A stretch of 64,000 nt of DNA, taken from NCBI GenBank assembly GCA_930990975.1, contig CAKNRR010000002.1, forward strand, positions 129,663-193,662, written 5' to 3'. The translations under genes were made by a program, and so were the position numbers. The notes under the pieces are model-generated. The model saw only the letters and a list, made by a program, of their open reading frames with translations, did not search any database and was not told where the DNA came from. The DNA comes from an uncultured Clostridia bacterium (GTDB taxonomy: Bacteria; Bacillota; Clostridia; Christensenellales; UBA1242). This document shows positions 7,581-15,955 of the stretch, piece after piece (position 1 is the first letter of the stretch; the number at the start of each line of letters is the position of its first letter).

Positions 7581-8819
7581 CTAATTCTTTTTTGAAATAT
7601 TTTTAATAAAGTATTTTCTATCTTTAAGTGAGTTTGGCAAGTATTGTTGTTCCACATAACCACCGTAATCGTGTGGGTATTTATAATTTTTGCTTGCTTC
7701 TGTGTGATTCTTTAGATATTCTGGTATGTTATCATCTGGATGATTTCTTGCATCATCTTGAGCCATATTCATAGCAACAACAACTCTATTATCTTTTGGT
7801 GACTCACACACATAAATTATTGCTTGAGTAAGTGCTAAATTGCCTTCAGGCATGCCTAAATGGTCTAATGCATACAAACTTGCGCACGCCTGTAGCAAAG
7901 CATTTGGAGCAGACAAACCGACATCTTCCGACGCATGTGCTATTGTCCTTCTGGCTAGCACCTGCGGTTCAATTCCAGCTTCAATTAAACGATTTGCATA
8001 GTAAAGTGCAGCAGTAGCATCACTGCCCCTAAGACTCTTACAGAAGGCACTTAACAAATGATAGTAGACATCTTCATTTAGGCTTAATGCTTTCTTTTGC
8101 AAGCATTCTGCCGCTATTTCCTTGTTTATGACTATTTCTCCGTCCTTGTTTACACTGGTCGTTATAACCCCTATTTCTAGCCCATTTAAGGCACTTCTGA
8201 CATCTCCACCGCAAGCTGTAGCAAAATAAGTCATTGCATCATCATCTATTTTTATCTTAAACTTTTTGAGCATTTCATCTTCTTTCATTGCTCTATTTAA
8301 GACTGCTTTAACATCAGCAATTCCTAGTCTTTTGAACTCAAATACAGAGCATCTAGAAACTATTGCTCTTGTCATACTATAACTTGGATTTTCTGTCGTG
8401 CATCCAACAAAAATCACATATCCGTTCTCAAGTGCCGCAAGTAGTGAGTCGCTTTGTGCTTTGCTCCATCTATGGCATTCATCAAGTAGCAAATATGTTC
8501 TTTTCCCATATAGTTCGAAATCACTCTTTGCGTGTTCTATAACTGCTTTGACATCAGCAACACCACTTGATATTGCATTGAGTTTGACAAAGTTCGAATT
8601 GCTCGTGTCTGCTATTATTCTTGCTAGTGTTGTTTTCCCTGTTCCTGGTGGCCCATAAAATATAACACTAGGAACTCGCTTCGCTTCAATAAGTCTGCGA
8701 AGCAACTTCCCTGGTCCAAGTATATGTTTTTGCCCTGCAAAATCTTCTAGTGATTTTGGTCGCATTCTTTCTGCGAGTGGCTTTTTATCATTATGTAAGT
8801 TTTCAAATAAGCTATCCAA
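7581..8819 (-). CDS. rarA: replication-associated recombination protein A (MgsA/RarA AAA+ ATPase)
   Basis: MRPKSLEDFAGQKHILG, Walker A GPPGTGKTTLA, LLLDECHRWSKAQSD, TTENPS..SRC, and the C-terminal MgsA domain (YYHLLSAFCKSLRGSD..ALYY). TTG start at 8817-8819 preceded by SD aggag. Confidence 0.93.
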   Translation of the reverse strand: MDSLFENLHNDKKPLAERMRPKSLEDFAGQKHILGPGKLLRRLIEAKRVPSVIFYGPPGTGKTTLARIIADTSNSNFVKLNAISSGVADVKAVIEHAKSDFELYGKRTYLLLDECHRWSKAQSDSLLAALENGYVIFVGCTTENPSYSMTRAIVSRCSVFEFKRLGIADVKAVLNRAMKEDEMLKKFKIKIDDDAMTYFATACGGDVRSALNGLEIGVITTSVNKDGEIVINKEIAAECLQKKALSLNEDVYYHLLSAFCKSLRGSDATAALYYANRLIEAGIEPQVLARRTIAHASEDVGLSAPNALLQACASLYALDHLGMPEGNLALTQAIIYVCESPKDNRVVVAMNMAQDDARNHPDDNIPEYLKNHTEASKNYKYPHDYGGYVEQQYLPNSLKDRKYFIKNISKKN

Positions 8820-8889
8820 TTTTTATCAATCTCCTAATTCTAATCGCTATTTTTAGTATAGCATATTTTACTACCATTTATCAACCTTT
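8812..8889 (-). repeat. direct repeat copy 1 = rarA promoter, SD and start
   Basis: On the minus strand: -35 TTGATA (8879-8884), 18-nt spacer, -10 TATACT (8855-8860), SD aggag (8831-8835), TTG GAT AGC start. A 24-nt block (ctatccaatttttatcaatctcct) and a 33-nt block (tatagcatattttac.ac.atttatcaaccttt, 2 mismatches) recur at 10076-10170. Confidence 0.7.
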
Positions 8890-8986
8890 TCGCTTTTTAT
8901 TCACTTAAATAATTATTTTATAAAAATATTGTTTAATCTTCTCTTAATTTATGCTATACTAGATTTATATAGGTTATCAAATTATT

Positions 8987-10039
8987 ATGGAAGAAAAAAT
9001 TTCTCTTGAATTTGCCAAACAAAATGAAAAGTCATACAAAAATAAGCGTATGCTTTTATATGCATCAATGACTTTAATAGGACTTATAATAATTGGTATT
9101 TTTATAACAGGATGTGTTTTTACTAATTCTAATATTGGTTTGAGCCTAATTTTATTATTTGGAGCTATTATTTTAGGCTTCCTTTATGGCTATTTTTTCT
9201 TCTATAAAGGTATATTTTTTAAAGAAGGAAAAATTATTCAACAATTTTTATCTCAAGAAAGGAAAATATTTGTTGAAAAAAATAAGTCGCAATTAGATTT
9301 TAATTTAAATGACAAATCACAGCAAAACGAACTATTTGAAAAATATGTTAATTTATACTTAGAAAATAATGCAGTATTTTATGATACTTCCATGTCTTTA
9401 GAAGAACAAATAAAGTTTGAAGATCTTTTAAACAAAATTCAAGATTATCTTAAAAATGTAGAGAAAAAACTTAATGAACAAACCTATTGCAATAACCTGG
9501 CACAAAGAGTCAAGGATTATGTAACAGAAATAAAAGACGACTATAATGTAAGTGAATATAAAATAATTTGTGATAGGCTGGATGAATGGATTAAATTCCA
9601 CAATAAATATTCCGAAACATTTGAATCCGCTTTAGAGTATATAACACATTATGAACATAAAAAAATTGCTTCAAAAGCCCAAATAGAACAATTTTCTAGA
9701 GAAAAGTTTACAATAAACCCAACTAACTATGATAAATATTGGGATCTTGCCCAAGCAATAAGAAAGCATAATCAAATTCTAGAAAAATACACTTTTGAAG
9801 ATGCTTGGTCTTACTATATAAGTGATTCTGAAAAATCTGACTTTCTTGATGAATATTATAAAATGCAGGATCGTGGAAACAAAGATTCTAAAAATGCTAG
9901 ATATATAAATTATTGCTGGAATTGTAAATACCCTATAAATGAAGATATACATACTTCAAAACGAAAATGCTCAAAATGTGGTGGGTATCATTGTTCACAT
10001 TGTGGGGCTTGTCTTTGTGGTTTAGATACTAAAAAGTAA
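8987..10039 (+). CDS. membrane protein (2 TM) with helical middle and C-terminal Cys-rich zinc-ribbon-like tail; function unknown
   Basis: TM helices at aa ~22-45 and 50-75. The C-terminus is CWNCKYPINEDIHTSKRKCSKCGGYHCSHCGACLCG (8 Cys). Possible extended -10 (tgctatact) upstream and a weak SD. No family recognised. Confidence 0.6.
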   Translation: MEEKISLEFAKQNEKSYKNKRMLLYASMTLIGLIIIGIFITGCVFTNSNIGLSLILLFGAIILGFLYGYFFFYKGIFFKEGKIIQQFLSQERKIFVEKNKSQLDFNLNDKSQQNELFEKYVNLYLENNAVFYDTSMSLEEQIKFEDLLNKIQDYLKNVEKKLNEQTYCNNLAQRVKDYVTEIKDDYNVSEYKIICDRLDEWIKFHNKYSETFESALEYITHYEHKKIASKAQIEQFSREKFTINPTNYDKYWDLAQAIRKHNQILEKYTFEDAWSYYISDSEKSDFLDEYYKMQDRGNKDSKNARYINYCWNCKYPINEDIHTSKRKCSKCGGYHCSHCGACLCGLDTKK

Positions 10040-10075
10040 TAAAGATGGGAATAGATTTTAAACTATTGGATTTAC

Positions 10076-10170
10076 CTATCCAATTTTTATCAATCTCCTA
10101 TTCCCATTGCATTTTCCTAGTTGCTTACTATCTTCATTATAGCATATTTTACCACTATTTATCAACCTTT
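10076..10170 (-). repeat. direct repeat copy 2 = orphan copy of the rarA promoter/SD/start
   Basis: On the minus strand: -35 TTGATA (10160-10165), 18-nt spacer, -10 TATAAT (10136-10141), SD aggag (10095-10099), then TTG GAT AGG TAA (10083-10072). The rarA start is therefore followed by a stop after 3 codons. Offset to copy 1 is 1264 nt. Confidence 0.7.
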
Positions 10171-10741
10171 GAACGACACCTTTTCTCATAGACTTTGTAA
10201 GATTAAAGTGTGTTTCTATTTCTTGCTTTGTTCGCGGTTCTATGCAATATTCTGCTACCGCCTGGTCTGTGCATTGTTCACAGTTGCTTTCGGCATTAAA
10301 GTATTTTTGTTTTAAGTATGATGGTATATCTGGATGTGTAAGTTTCAGTTTTCCTTCCTTTACTAATTTCCTGACATACTGTAATGCATTCTTTGTTTGG
10401 ATACACTCTTCTATTTCTCTTATTCCCTTTGGTGTTTTGCAGAAATCTAGTATCTTCCCTATCCTTTCTGGTGTCAATATATCCGCTTTCTTTTTTATAT
10501 TATCCAACATCTCTTGTGTCACTTCAACCCTTGCATCTATATATCTTTGGTTATAATGACACTTATATTCGTGTGTGTATTTTAATCTGCCACTCGTTAT
10601 TAAAGGTTTTAATGTATACCCTCTTATGGTGTCAATGCTGTTTTCTAGTTTTGTATACTCTTTAATTTCTTCTATGCTTCTTAGTTCTTTGCAGAACTCA
10701 ATTATTTTATCCTGTAACTCTCTAATCTCATTTTTATCCAT
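10076..10741 (-). CDS. protein of three tandem winged-helix-like repeats (possibly a gene remnant)
   Basis: Three ~60-aa repeats: IIEFCKELRSIEEIKEY..LKPLITSGRLKYTH; ILDFCKTPKGIREIEECI..VRKLVKEGKLKLTHPDIPSYLKQKY; VAEYCIEPRTKQEIETHF..VQRLINSGKICYNE. They recall the C-terminal wHTH of Fic/AlbA_2-type ATPase regulators (recollection). There is no SD before the ATG at 10741. The last ~30 codons are read from the duplicated rarA leader. The track's extension to 10855 overlaps decayed rarA-paralogue sequence. Confidence 0.4.
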   Translation of the reverse strand: MDKNEIRELQDKIIEFCKELRSIEEIKEYTKLENSIDTIRGYTLKPLITSGRLKYTHEYKCHYNQRYIDARVEVTQEMLDNIKKKADILTPERIGKILDFCKTPKGIREIEECIQTKNALQYVRKLVKEGKLKLTHPDIPSYLKQKYFNAESNCEQCTDQAVAEYCIEPRTKQEIETHFNLTKSMRKGVVQRLINSGKICYNEDSKQLGKCNGNRRLIKIG

Positions 10742-10799
10742 ATTTTGTGGACATTTCTTTATTTTATAGGGTATTTTCCGTGCGATTTCAAGCATAAAT

Positions 10800-11700
10800 G
10801 GATTGCACATTGGCGAACGCTTGTTCTGAAGAATGAGCCACAAGCCTTCGAGCAATTATCATAGGGTCACATCCAGCTTTAATTAATCTTTGGGAATAAT
10901 ATAATGCCCCTCAACATCGCTTCCACGCAAGCTTTTACAAAAAGCAGAAAGAAAATCATAATACATGTTTTCATCCATTGATAGTGCTTTTCTATCAGTA
11001 GACTGCTCTGCAGTAAGCAAATCTATATGTATTTTTTTATCCTTTGCTACAGGCGATGTCATCACTGCCAACTCTAATGAATTTAAAGCATTTCTTAAAT
11101 CACCTCCACATGCTACAGAAAAATAATTTAAGGCATCATCATCAATTTCGACAGGCATATTTCCAAGCCCATCTTCTTTATCATTTAAAGCTCGAATAAG
11201 AGCTTTTTTTATATCTGCAGAAGTTATCGCTTTAAATTCAAAAACCCGACAACGAGAAACTATCGCTCTGGTCATTGAAGTATAAGGATTTTCAGTCGTA
11301 GTTCCAATAAAATAAATTGAACCATCCTCAATTGCTTCTAACACACAATCTGATTGAGCCTTATTCCACCTGTGACATTCATCCAAAATTAAGAAAGTGT
11401 CAGTCCCATACATAGCCTTATCTTGTCTTGCTCGCTGTATAATATCCTTGGCATCACTAACGCCACTTGTGACTGCATTGATTTTAACATAATTAGCTTT
11501 TAAAGTGTTGGCTATAATATTTGCAAGTGTTGTCTTACCTGTCCCAGGAGGTCCATAAAAAATACAACTACCGAGCGTTCCATATTTGATAGCTCTATAA
11601 AGTAATGTGTTCTTACCAACAATATGTTCTTGTCCCACAAAATCATCAAATGACTTTGGTCTCATTTTTCAGCAAGTGGAACTCTATTTAAATTCATCAT
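10800..11700 (-). pseudogene. decayed rarA/mgsA paralogue (frameshifted, 3' third missing)
   Basis: The core ORF 10883..11665 is ~55-60% identical by eye to RarA (GPPGTGKTTLA, LILDECHRWNKAQSD, TTENPY..SRC). The N-terminus MMNLNRVPLAEK (from 11700) is out of frame by one base at a T5 run (11665-11669). After ..SLRGSDVE the homology continues in another frame (ALYYSQRLIKAGCDPMIIARRLVAHSSE) across a C4 run (10907-10910). It then stops and decays, and no C-terminal MgsA end is present. Confidence 0.75.
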
Positions 11701-11720
11701 TACAATTGTATTTTACAATA

Positions 11721-12983
11721 CTAATTGGCAAAAGACAAGTAAATTTCGTTATTTTTATTAAAAATTTCTTTAGTAAGCAAAGTATAGTTGAAATATTTGA
11801 CATTATCCGCATACATATAACACGATTTATTATGAACTATAAAAACCCTTTTCCAGCCTAAATTTCGGTATATTTTGACCTCTTTCAATCCTTTAAAATC
11901 TTGATTTATTTGAAGTCCTTTTTCAGTTAATTTTATTATTTTTGACTTTAATTTTAACCATTCATTTTCACTTTTTTCGTCAACATCAAAATTTTGCCAC
12001 TTTTCCCATATATTTCGGGGCAAAGAGCAATTAAAAAGTTCGTCAAATTGCTTGTCATGTGATGAAACTTTTATATCGAAGATTTGGTTGATTTTTTGTT
12101 GTGATAATTCAAAGAATTCTTGCATCTCATTTGGCAAATGAAAGCAATATTTTTGCTCACCATAAGACAAAAAAATCTTCTTATTCTGTAAAGGCAAAAG
12201 CTTTATTTCGCATTTTAAATTAATACAAGCAAAAGTGCTACTTTCAATTCCATTCATGTTTGAAAATCTTATTTTTGCATTTTTTAAATGATAATTAAAG
12301 TATGCTTTTTGTTTGCTTGTCAAATTTTCAATCATCACAGCGTCATTTAATTGCTTGAAAAAATAATACCCCCTAGGCAATGGAATATTGATTTCAAAAT
12401 TTACAACCTTGTTCTCTTTGTGTGTGTTTGTTATGTTTATAATATAGTTTTTGCCGTTAAGTATAAAGTTTGTAGCCTGAAAAATCACCCCATTATCAAT
12501 CAATTTTTTAGTAAAATAATAAGGCAAAAAGTCAAACTCAATCTTTTTATCATTGAACAGCAACTGCTCTTCTTCTATTATATTTTTATAATCACTATGG
12601 GTTAAATAATTTATGTTTAAAGCATCCAAAGAATACAGCAAATTTGACCCAATGTCCTCTTCCAGCATAACAAATGTGTTGTCAAGTTTTTCCAATCTTT
12701 TCTTTTTTATTATTGGATTGCTAAGCAAGATTAAGTTGAATTTTATATTCTTTTTAACTTTCAAAAATGCTGTATAAAAAAGCTTATTTAAAGGTTTCTT
12801 AAATATAAAAACAGGAAGCGATGTATCAATCCCTACCGCATTTAATAATGAAAAATCTATGTTATCGTCATTTAAATTGGGCGCATGATATTTAATCTTA
12901 TTTGATATTAAATTTTCTATTTTTTCTAAATACTCTTTTTTATTCATATAAGATTTATTGACCATTTTTTTTATTTTAATCAA
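11721..12983 (-). CDS. hypothetical protein, 420 aa, no recognisable family
   Basis: Long uninterrupted ORF in a very AT-rich region, ending 20 nt upstream of the rarA-paralogue remnant. Soluble, Lys/Asn-rich, with no motif I can name. Confidence 0.5.
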   Translation of the reverse strand: MIKIKKMVNKSYMNKKEYLEKIENLISNKIKYHAPNLNDDNIDFSLLNAVGIDTSLPVFIFKKPLNKLFYTAFLKVKKNIKFNLILLSNPIIKKKRLEKLDNTFVMLEEDIGSNLLYSLDALNINYLTHSDYKNIIEEEQLLFNDKKIEFDFLPYYFTKKLIDNGVIFQATNFILNGKNYIINITNTHKENKVVNFEINIPLPRGYYFFKQLNDAVMIENLTSKQKAYFNYHLKNAKIRFSNMNGIESSTFACINLKCEIKLLPLQNKKIFLSYGEQKYCFHLPNEMQEFFELSQQKINQIFDIKVSSHDKQFDELFNCSLPRNIWEKWQNFDVDEKSENEWLKLKSKIIKLTEKGLQINQDFKGLKEVKIYRNLGWKRVFIVHNKSCYMYADNVKYFNYTLLTKEIFNKNNEIYLSFAN

Positions 12984-12993
12984 TTTTTATAAA

Positions 12994-13020
12994 TAAAAAA
13001 ACCAGCCCTATATAGCTGGC
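12994..13020 (-). terminator. rho-independent terminator of rnpB
   Basis: Minus strand: ccagc-tatatagg-gctgg followed by ttttttt, immediately 3' of the RNase P RNA. Confidence 0.6.
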
Positions 13021-13349
13021 CAGTTATGCTGTAAGCCGAGTTCTGTATTTGACAATCATCTATCTAGACTTATTGTTACCAATAAGCTCAAGCGGTTCAT
13101 TCATGGCGTGAGAGAACAAGCACTATTGCCATTTTGACCTTGCATCAGGTGGAGTTTACAGAGCCTTAGTTATCCCTAACTAAGCGGTGGTCTCTTACAC
13201 CACCTTTCCATCCTTACCATTTCTGGCGGTTTATTTCTGTTGCACTATTCCTAGGGTCACCCCCGCCGATCGTTAATCGGCACCCAGTTCTCTTGATGCT
13301 CGGACTTTCCTCATCCTCTAAAGAAGGACGCGATTGTCTGCATAACTGC
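13019..13349 (-). ncRNA. rnpB: RNase P RNA (type-A architecture)
   Basis: The minus strand reads ..gaggaaagtccgagc.. (P4 5' strand; plus-strand cggactttcctc at ~13301-13312). Also agtgcaacagaaataaaccgcc, ggtaaggatggaaaggtggtgtaagagaccacc, gtaaactccacctgatgcaaggtcaaaat, ctagatagatgattgtc and acagaactcggcttacag (P4 3' strand). P1 pairing is agttatgc/gcataact. Ends are approximate. Confidence 0.9.
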
Positions 13350-13483
13350 TTTTATATTATATCAAAACTGTCATTAAAAGTCAATACAATTTTCAATATA
13401 TTCAAATTTACCTAAATAATTTATAAAGCGTTTTTTCTATAAATAAAAGTTATTTTTAAATAAATAATTTTCTTCAAACTTTA

Positions 13484-13512
13484 TAAAAAAACTTATACCT
13501 AAAGTATAAGTT
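13484..13512 (-). terminator. rho-independent terminator after 13523..14890
   Basis: Minus strand: aacttatac-tttag-gtataagtt followed by ttttttt. Confidence 0.6.
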
Positions 13513-13522
13513 TTATTTGTTT

Positions 13523-14890
13523 CTAACCTACAGTGAATAGCACTTTAACCTTATTAGTCTTCTTGTCTGGACAAAAAGCTCTCAGCATTCCATCTTGAGA
13601 GATTTTTATTGCTATTCCATATTTAGATAATGTTGTGGCAGCAGCAAGTCTTCCACCACCATCACTTCCTGCCTCAATTTTTAAGATAGCTCCAACCGCA
13701 ATAATCGTTCCGTCGCTGTCAACAACCGTTGCACCATCCATACTTACCAATTCTTGCCTCAATTTTCTGCTTAATTCATGAAATGGTTTCCCTGATATGA
13801 TTTTTCTTAAGCATTCTGCTTTAATACATCTCTGTTGATATAAAAAATCTTGATAACTTACATTAAAAACAGACTCAACATAAGAAAGATTTTGCAAATT
13901 ATAAAGTTTTCCAGCATTTTCTAATTCTTGTCTTTTTTTGATCTCAAAGTATCTTTCATCCAGAATATCATGTGCATTTATATGAGTTAAGGCCAATTCT
14001 GCCATATCTTTATTCAAATAAACAATACATCCCCCGCTATATGCAAACGAAGTGTCCAATGCAGTGTAATAAATAGACCTTCTTATATCCTTTAAAGAAT
14101 AGTTGCCTCTATATGATAAAAGTTGTATTACCTCTTCGTGAGAATATACATTCCAATTCCCCAATCTTTTAGAAAAAAGAAGTTCTCTATTTTTAAATAT
14201 TAGGAAATCACTATTTTTAGTTAAAACTATACCAATTCTTTTTTCATTACAGAATCTAGCCACTGTTTCATATTCGCATGGAGCAATGCTTGCAACCTTT
14301 TTGACTTTGTTCATCTGTATATAACCAATGAGGTTACCTTTCCTATCAAATTCAATATATGAATCAATTCCATCAGATAGCAAAGCAAAAAAATCTCTAT
14401 CCATAATATCATTGAAAGATAATACTTCTGGCTGATCTGACAAATCTACGGCAGTATTAATTATTATACCTAAAGCTATTTTTTTGCCCTCATAGGTACG
14501 AACTGCCCATTTTTCAAGTTCAGATATGACGCCAAACATCACATTTGATGTTTCTGCATCACTTATGCTTGAACAAATTGATTTTTCAATAGCATTATCT
14601 TGAAGAACTGAAATATAACTTTCGTCATCCAAATTTAAAGATGAAATTTTATCAATTTCATTTAAAATAGATTTAAGCAAATTTACTTCAAAAGTTTGAA
14701 ATGGTTGTCCTCTTTTTAAAACCAATCTATACTCATCAGCCTTTGAAGGTTTAATTAATAAAGAATTTCTTTTACCAAAAGCAACCTCACTGTCACGAGT
14801 AGAAGATTCTTCTTCTCCATCTATATATGAACCAGTAAATAAAGGGAGTATCCTTTTATTTACCACCTTATAAAACTCCGACTTTTCCAT
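13523..14890 (-). CDS. 455-aa protein with a DAC (DisA_N)-like C-terminal domain lacking the RHR motif
   Basis: The C-terminus SMDGATVVDSDGTIIAVGAILKIEAGSDGGGRLAAATTLSKYGIAIKISQDGMLRAF aligns by eye to CdaA [54 protein letters not shown]. An upstream SGGCIVYLNKD matches IGALIVFEKE. DGA is kept, while TRHR is replaced by GGRL. The N-terminal 260 aa are unassigned. Confidence 0.45.
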   Translation of the reverse strand: MEKSEFYKVVNKRILPLFTGSYIDGEEESSTRDSEVAFGKRNSLLIKPSKADEYRLVLKRGQPFQTFEVNLLKSILNEIDKISSLNLDDESYISVLQDNAIEKSICSSISDAETSNVMFGVISELEKWAVRTYEGKKIALGIIINTAVDLSDQPEVLSFNDIMDRDFFALLSDGIDSYIEFDRKGNLIGYIQMNKVKKVASIAPCEYETVARFCNEKRIGIVLTKNSDFLIFKNRELLFSKRLGNWNVYSHEEVIQLLSYRGNYSLKDIRRSIYYTALDTSFAYSGGCIVYLNKDMAELALTHINAHDILDERYFEIKKRQELENAGKLYNLQNLSYVESVFNVSYQDFLYQQRCIKAECLRKIISGKPFHELSRKLRQELVSMDGATVVDSDGTIIAVGAILKIEAGSDGGGRLAAATTLSKYGIAIKISQDGMLRAFCPDKKTNKVKVLFTVG

Positions 14891-14978
14891 ATCTATACCT
14901 CAATATTTATTTAAAAAATATATAAAATCCTTATATAATTATAGTATATAACATTTTTTTCAATAAACAAGTACTTTA

Positions 14979-15719
14979 TTAATAATTTTCTATATTTTCT
15001 TCATTTTTTTGTGGTATTTCGTCGTCTTTTACAAGGTTTCTTTGTAATATTTTTATGACTTTTGATTCAATTCTTGATATATAAGAACGAGAAATATTAA
15101 ATATTTCAGCCACTTCTTTTTGTGTTTTTAAATCGTGACCACATATACCGTATCTATATTTTATAATTTCTTGCTCCATAGGAGTCAAGTAGATCTCCAT
15201 TGCTTTTTCTACATCTTGCATTAAACATCCTGTTTCCACTTGATGGAAAACTTCATCTTCTGTTTCTGCAGGAATTAGGTTTGTAAGTTCCATTTCGTCG
15301 CTATCTGCCTTTGGAGAAAGAACAGAATTTAAAGACACAGTATCCCGATGCTTTTTATTTGCCCTTATAAGCATTAAAATCTCATTTTCTATACACCTTG
15401 AAGCATAGGTAGAAAGCAAAACACCTTTAGAACAATCAAAACTATCCACTGCCTTAATCAGTCCAATAGTTCCTACCGAAATCAAATCATCAGCCTCTAA
15501 TGAATTGTTGTATTTCTTTACAATGTGAGCTACTAATCTTAAATTATGATTTATTAAAACTTCTCTAGCTTTTTTGTCGCCGTTGCCTAATTTTTCTATC
15601 CATTTTAATTCTTCCTCTTTAGTAAGAGGTTTAGGAAACCCCTGTATACTGCTTACAAAAGAAGTAAAACAGCATATCCTGCTTAAGAACTTAGAGAAAC
15701 TTTCATAAATCATATACAC
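14979..15719 (-). CDS. sigK: sporulation sigma factor of the SigK/SigE class, with an N-terminal pro-sequence
   Basis: FPKPLTKEEELKWIEKLGNGDKKAREVLINHNLRLVAHIVKKY...DDLISVGTIGLIKAVDSF...YASRCIENEILM...ISRSYISRIE. NLRLVAHIVKK and FPxPL are closer to SigK than to SigE (from memory of the B. subtilis sequences). About 27 hydrophobic residues precede the FPKPL site. Confidence 0.8.
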   Translation of the reverse strand: MYMIYESFSKFLSRICCFTSFVSSIQGFPKPLTKEEELKWIEKLGNGDKKAREVLINHNLRLVAHIVKKYNNSLEADDLISVGTIGLIKAVDSFDCSKGVLLSTYASRCIENEILMLIRANKKHRDTVSLNSVLSPKADSDEMELTNLIPAETEDEVFHQVETGCLMQDVEKAMEIYLTPMEQEIIKYRYGICGHDLKTQKEVAEIFNISRSYISRIESKVIKILQRNLVKDDEIPQKNEENIENY

Positions 15720-15955
15720 CGCCCTTTTATATGAAAACTTACATACAATAGTATTTGTATATGTTGAAAGTTGTCGAATTTTGCTTGTCTAACAAAAATT
15801 ATTAAAAAAAGTCGTGATAATTTTTTCACGACTACAACCATTTTTATAAAATTCTATTTTTAATCTATTTACTTATTTTTTATTAATTTAAAAAATAAAT
15901 AAAAATATATTTATCCAACTCTACTTAACTAATATTATTAAATAATATTTTTTAT

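Noticed and set aside
10742-10855. N-terminal 38 codons of track ORF 10076..10855.
   Set aside because: This stretch is the decayed 3' part of the rarA paralogue read out of frame. The wHTH repeats only begin after the ATG at 10741.
13010-13350. The structured GC-richer island was first considered as tmRNA or a riboswitch.
   Set aside because: There is no tag-peptide reading frame or tRNA-like CCA end. Instead, both P4 strands and other universally conserved RNase P blocks are present on the minus strand.
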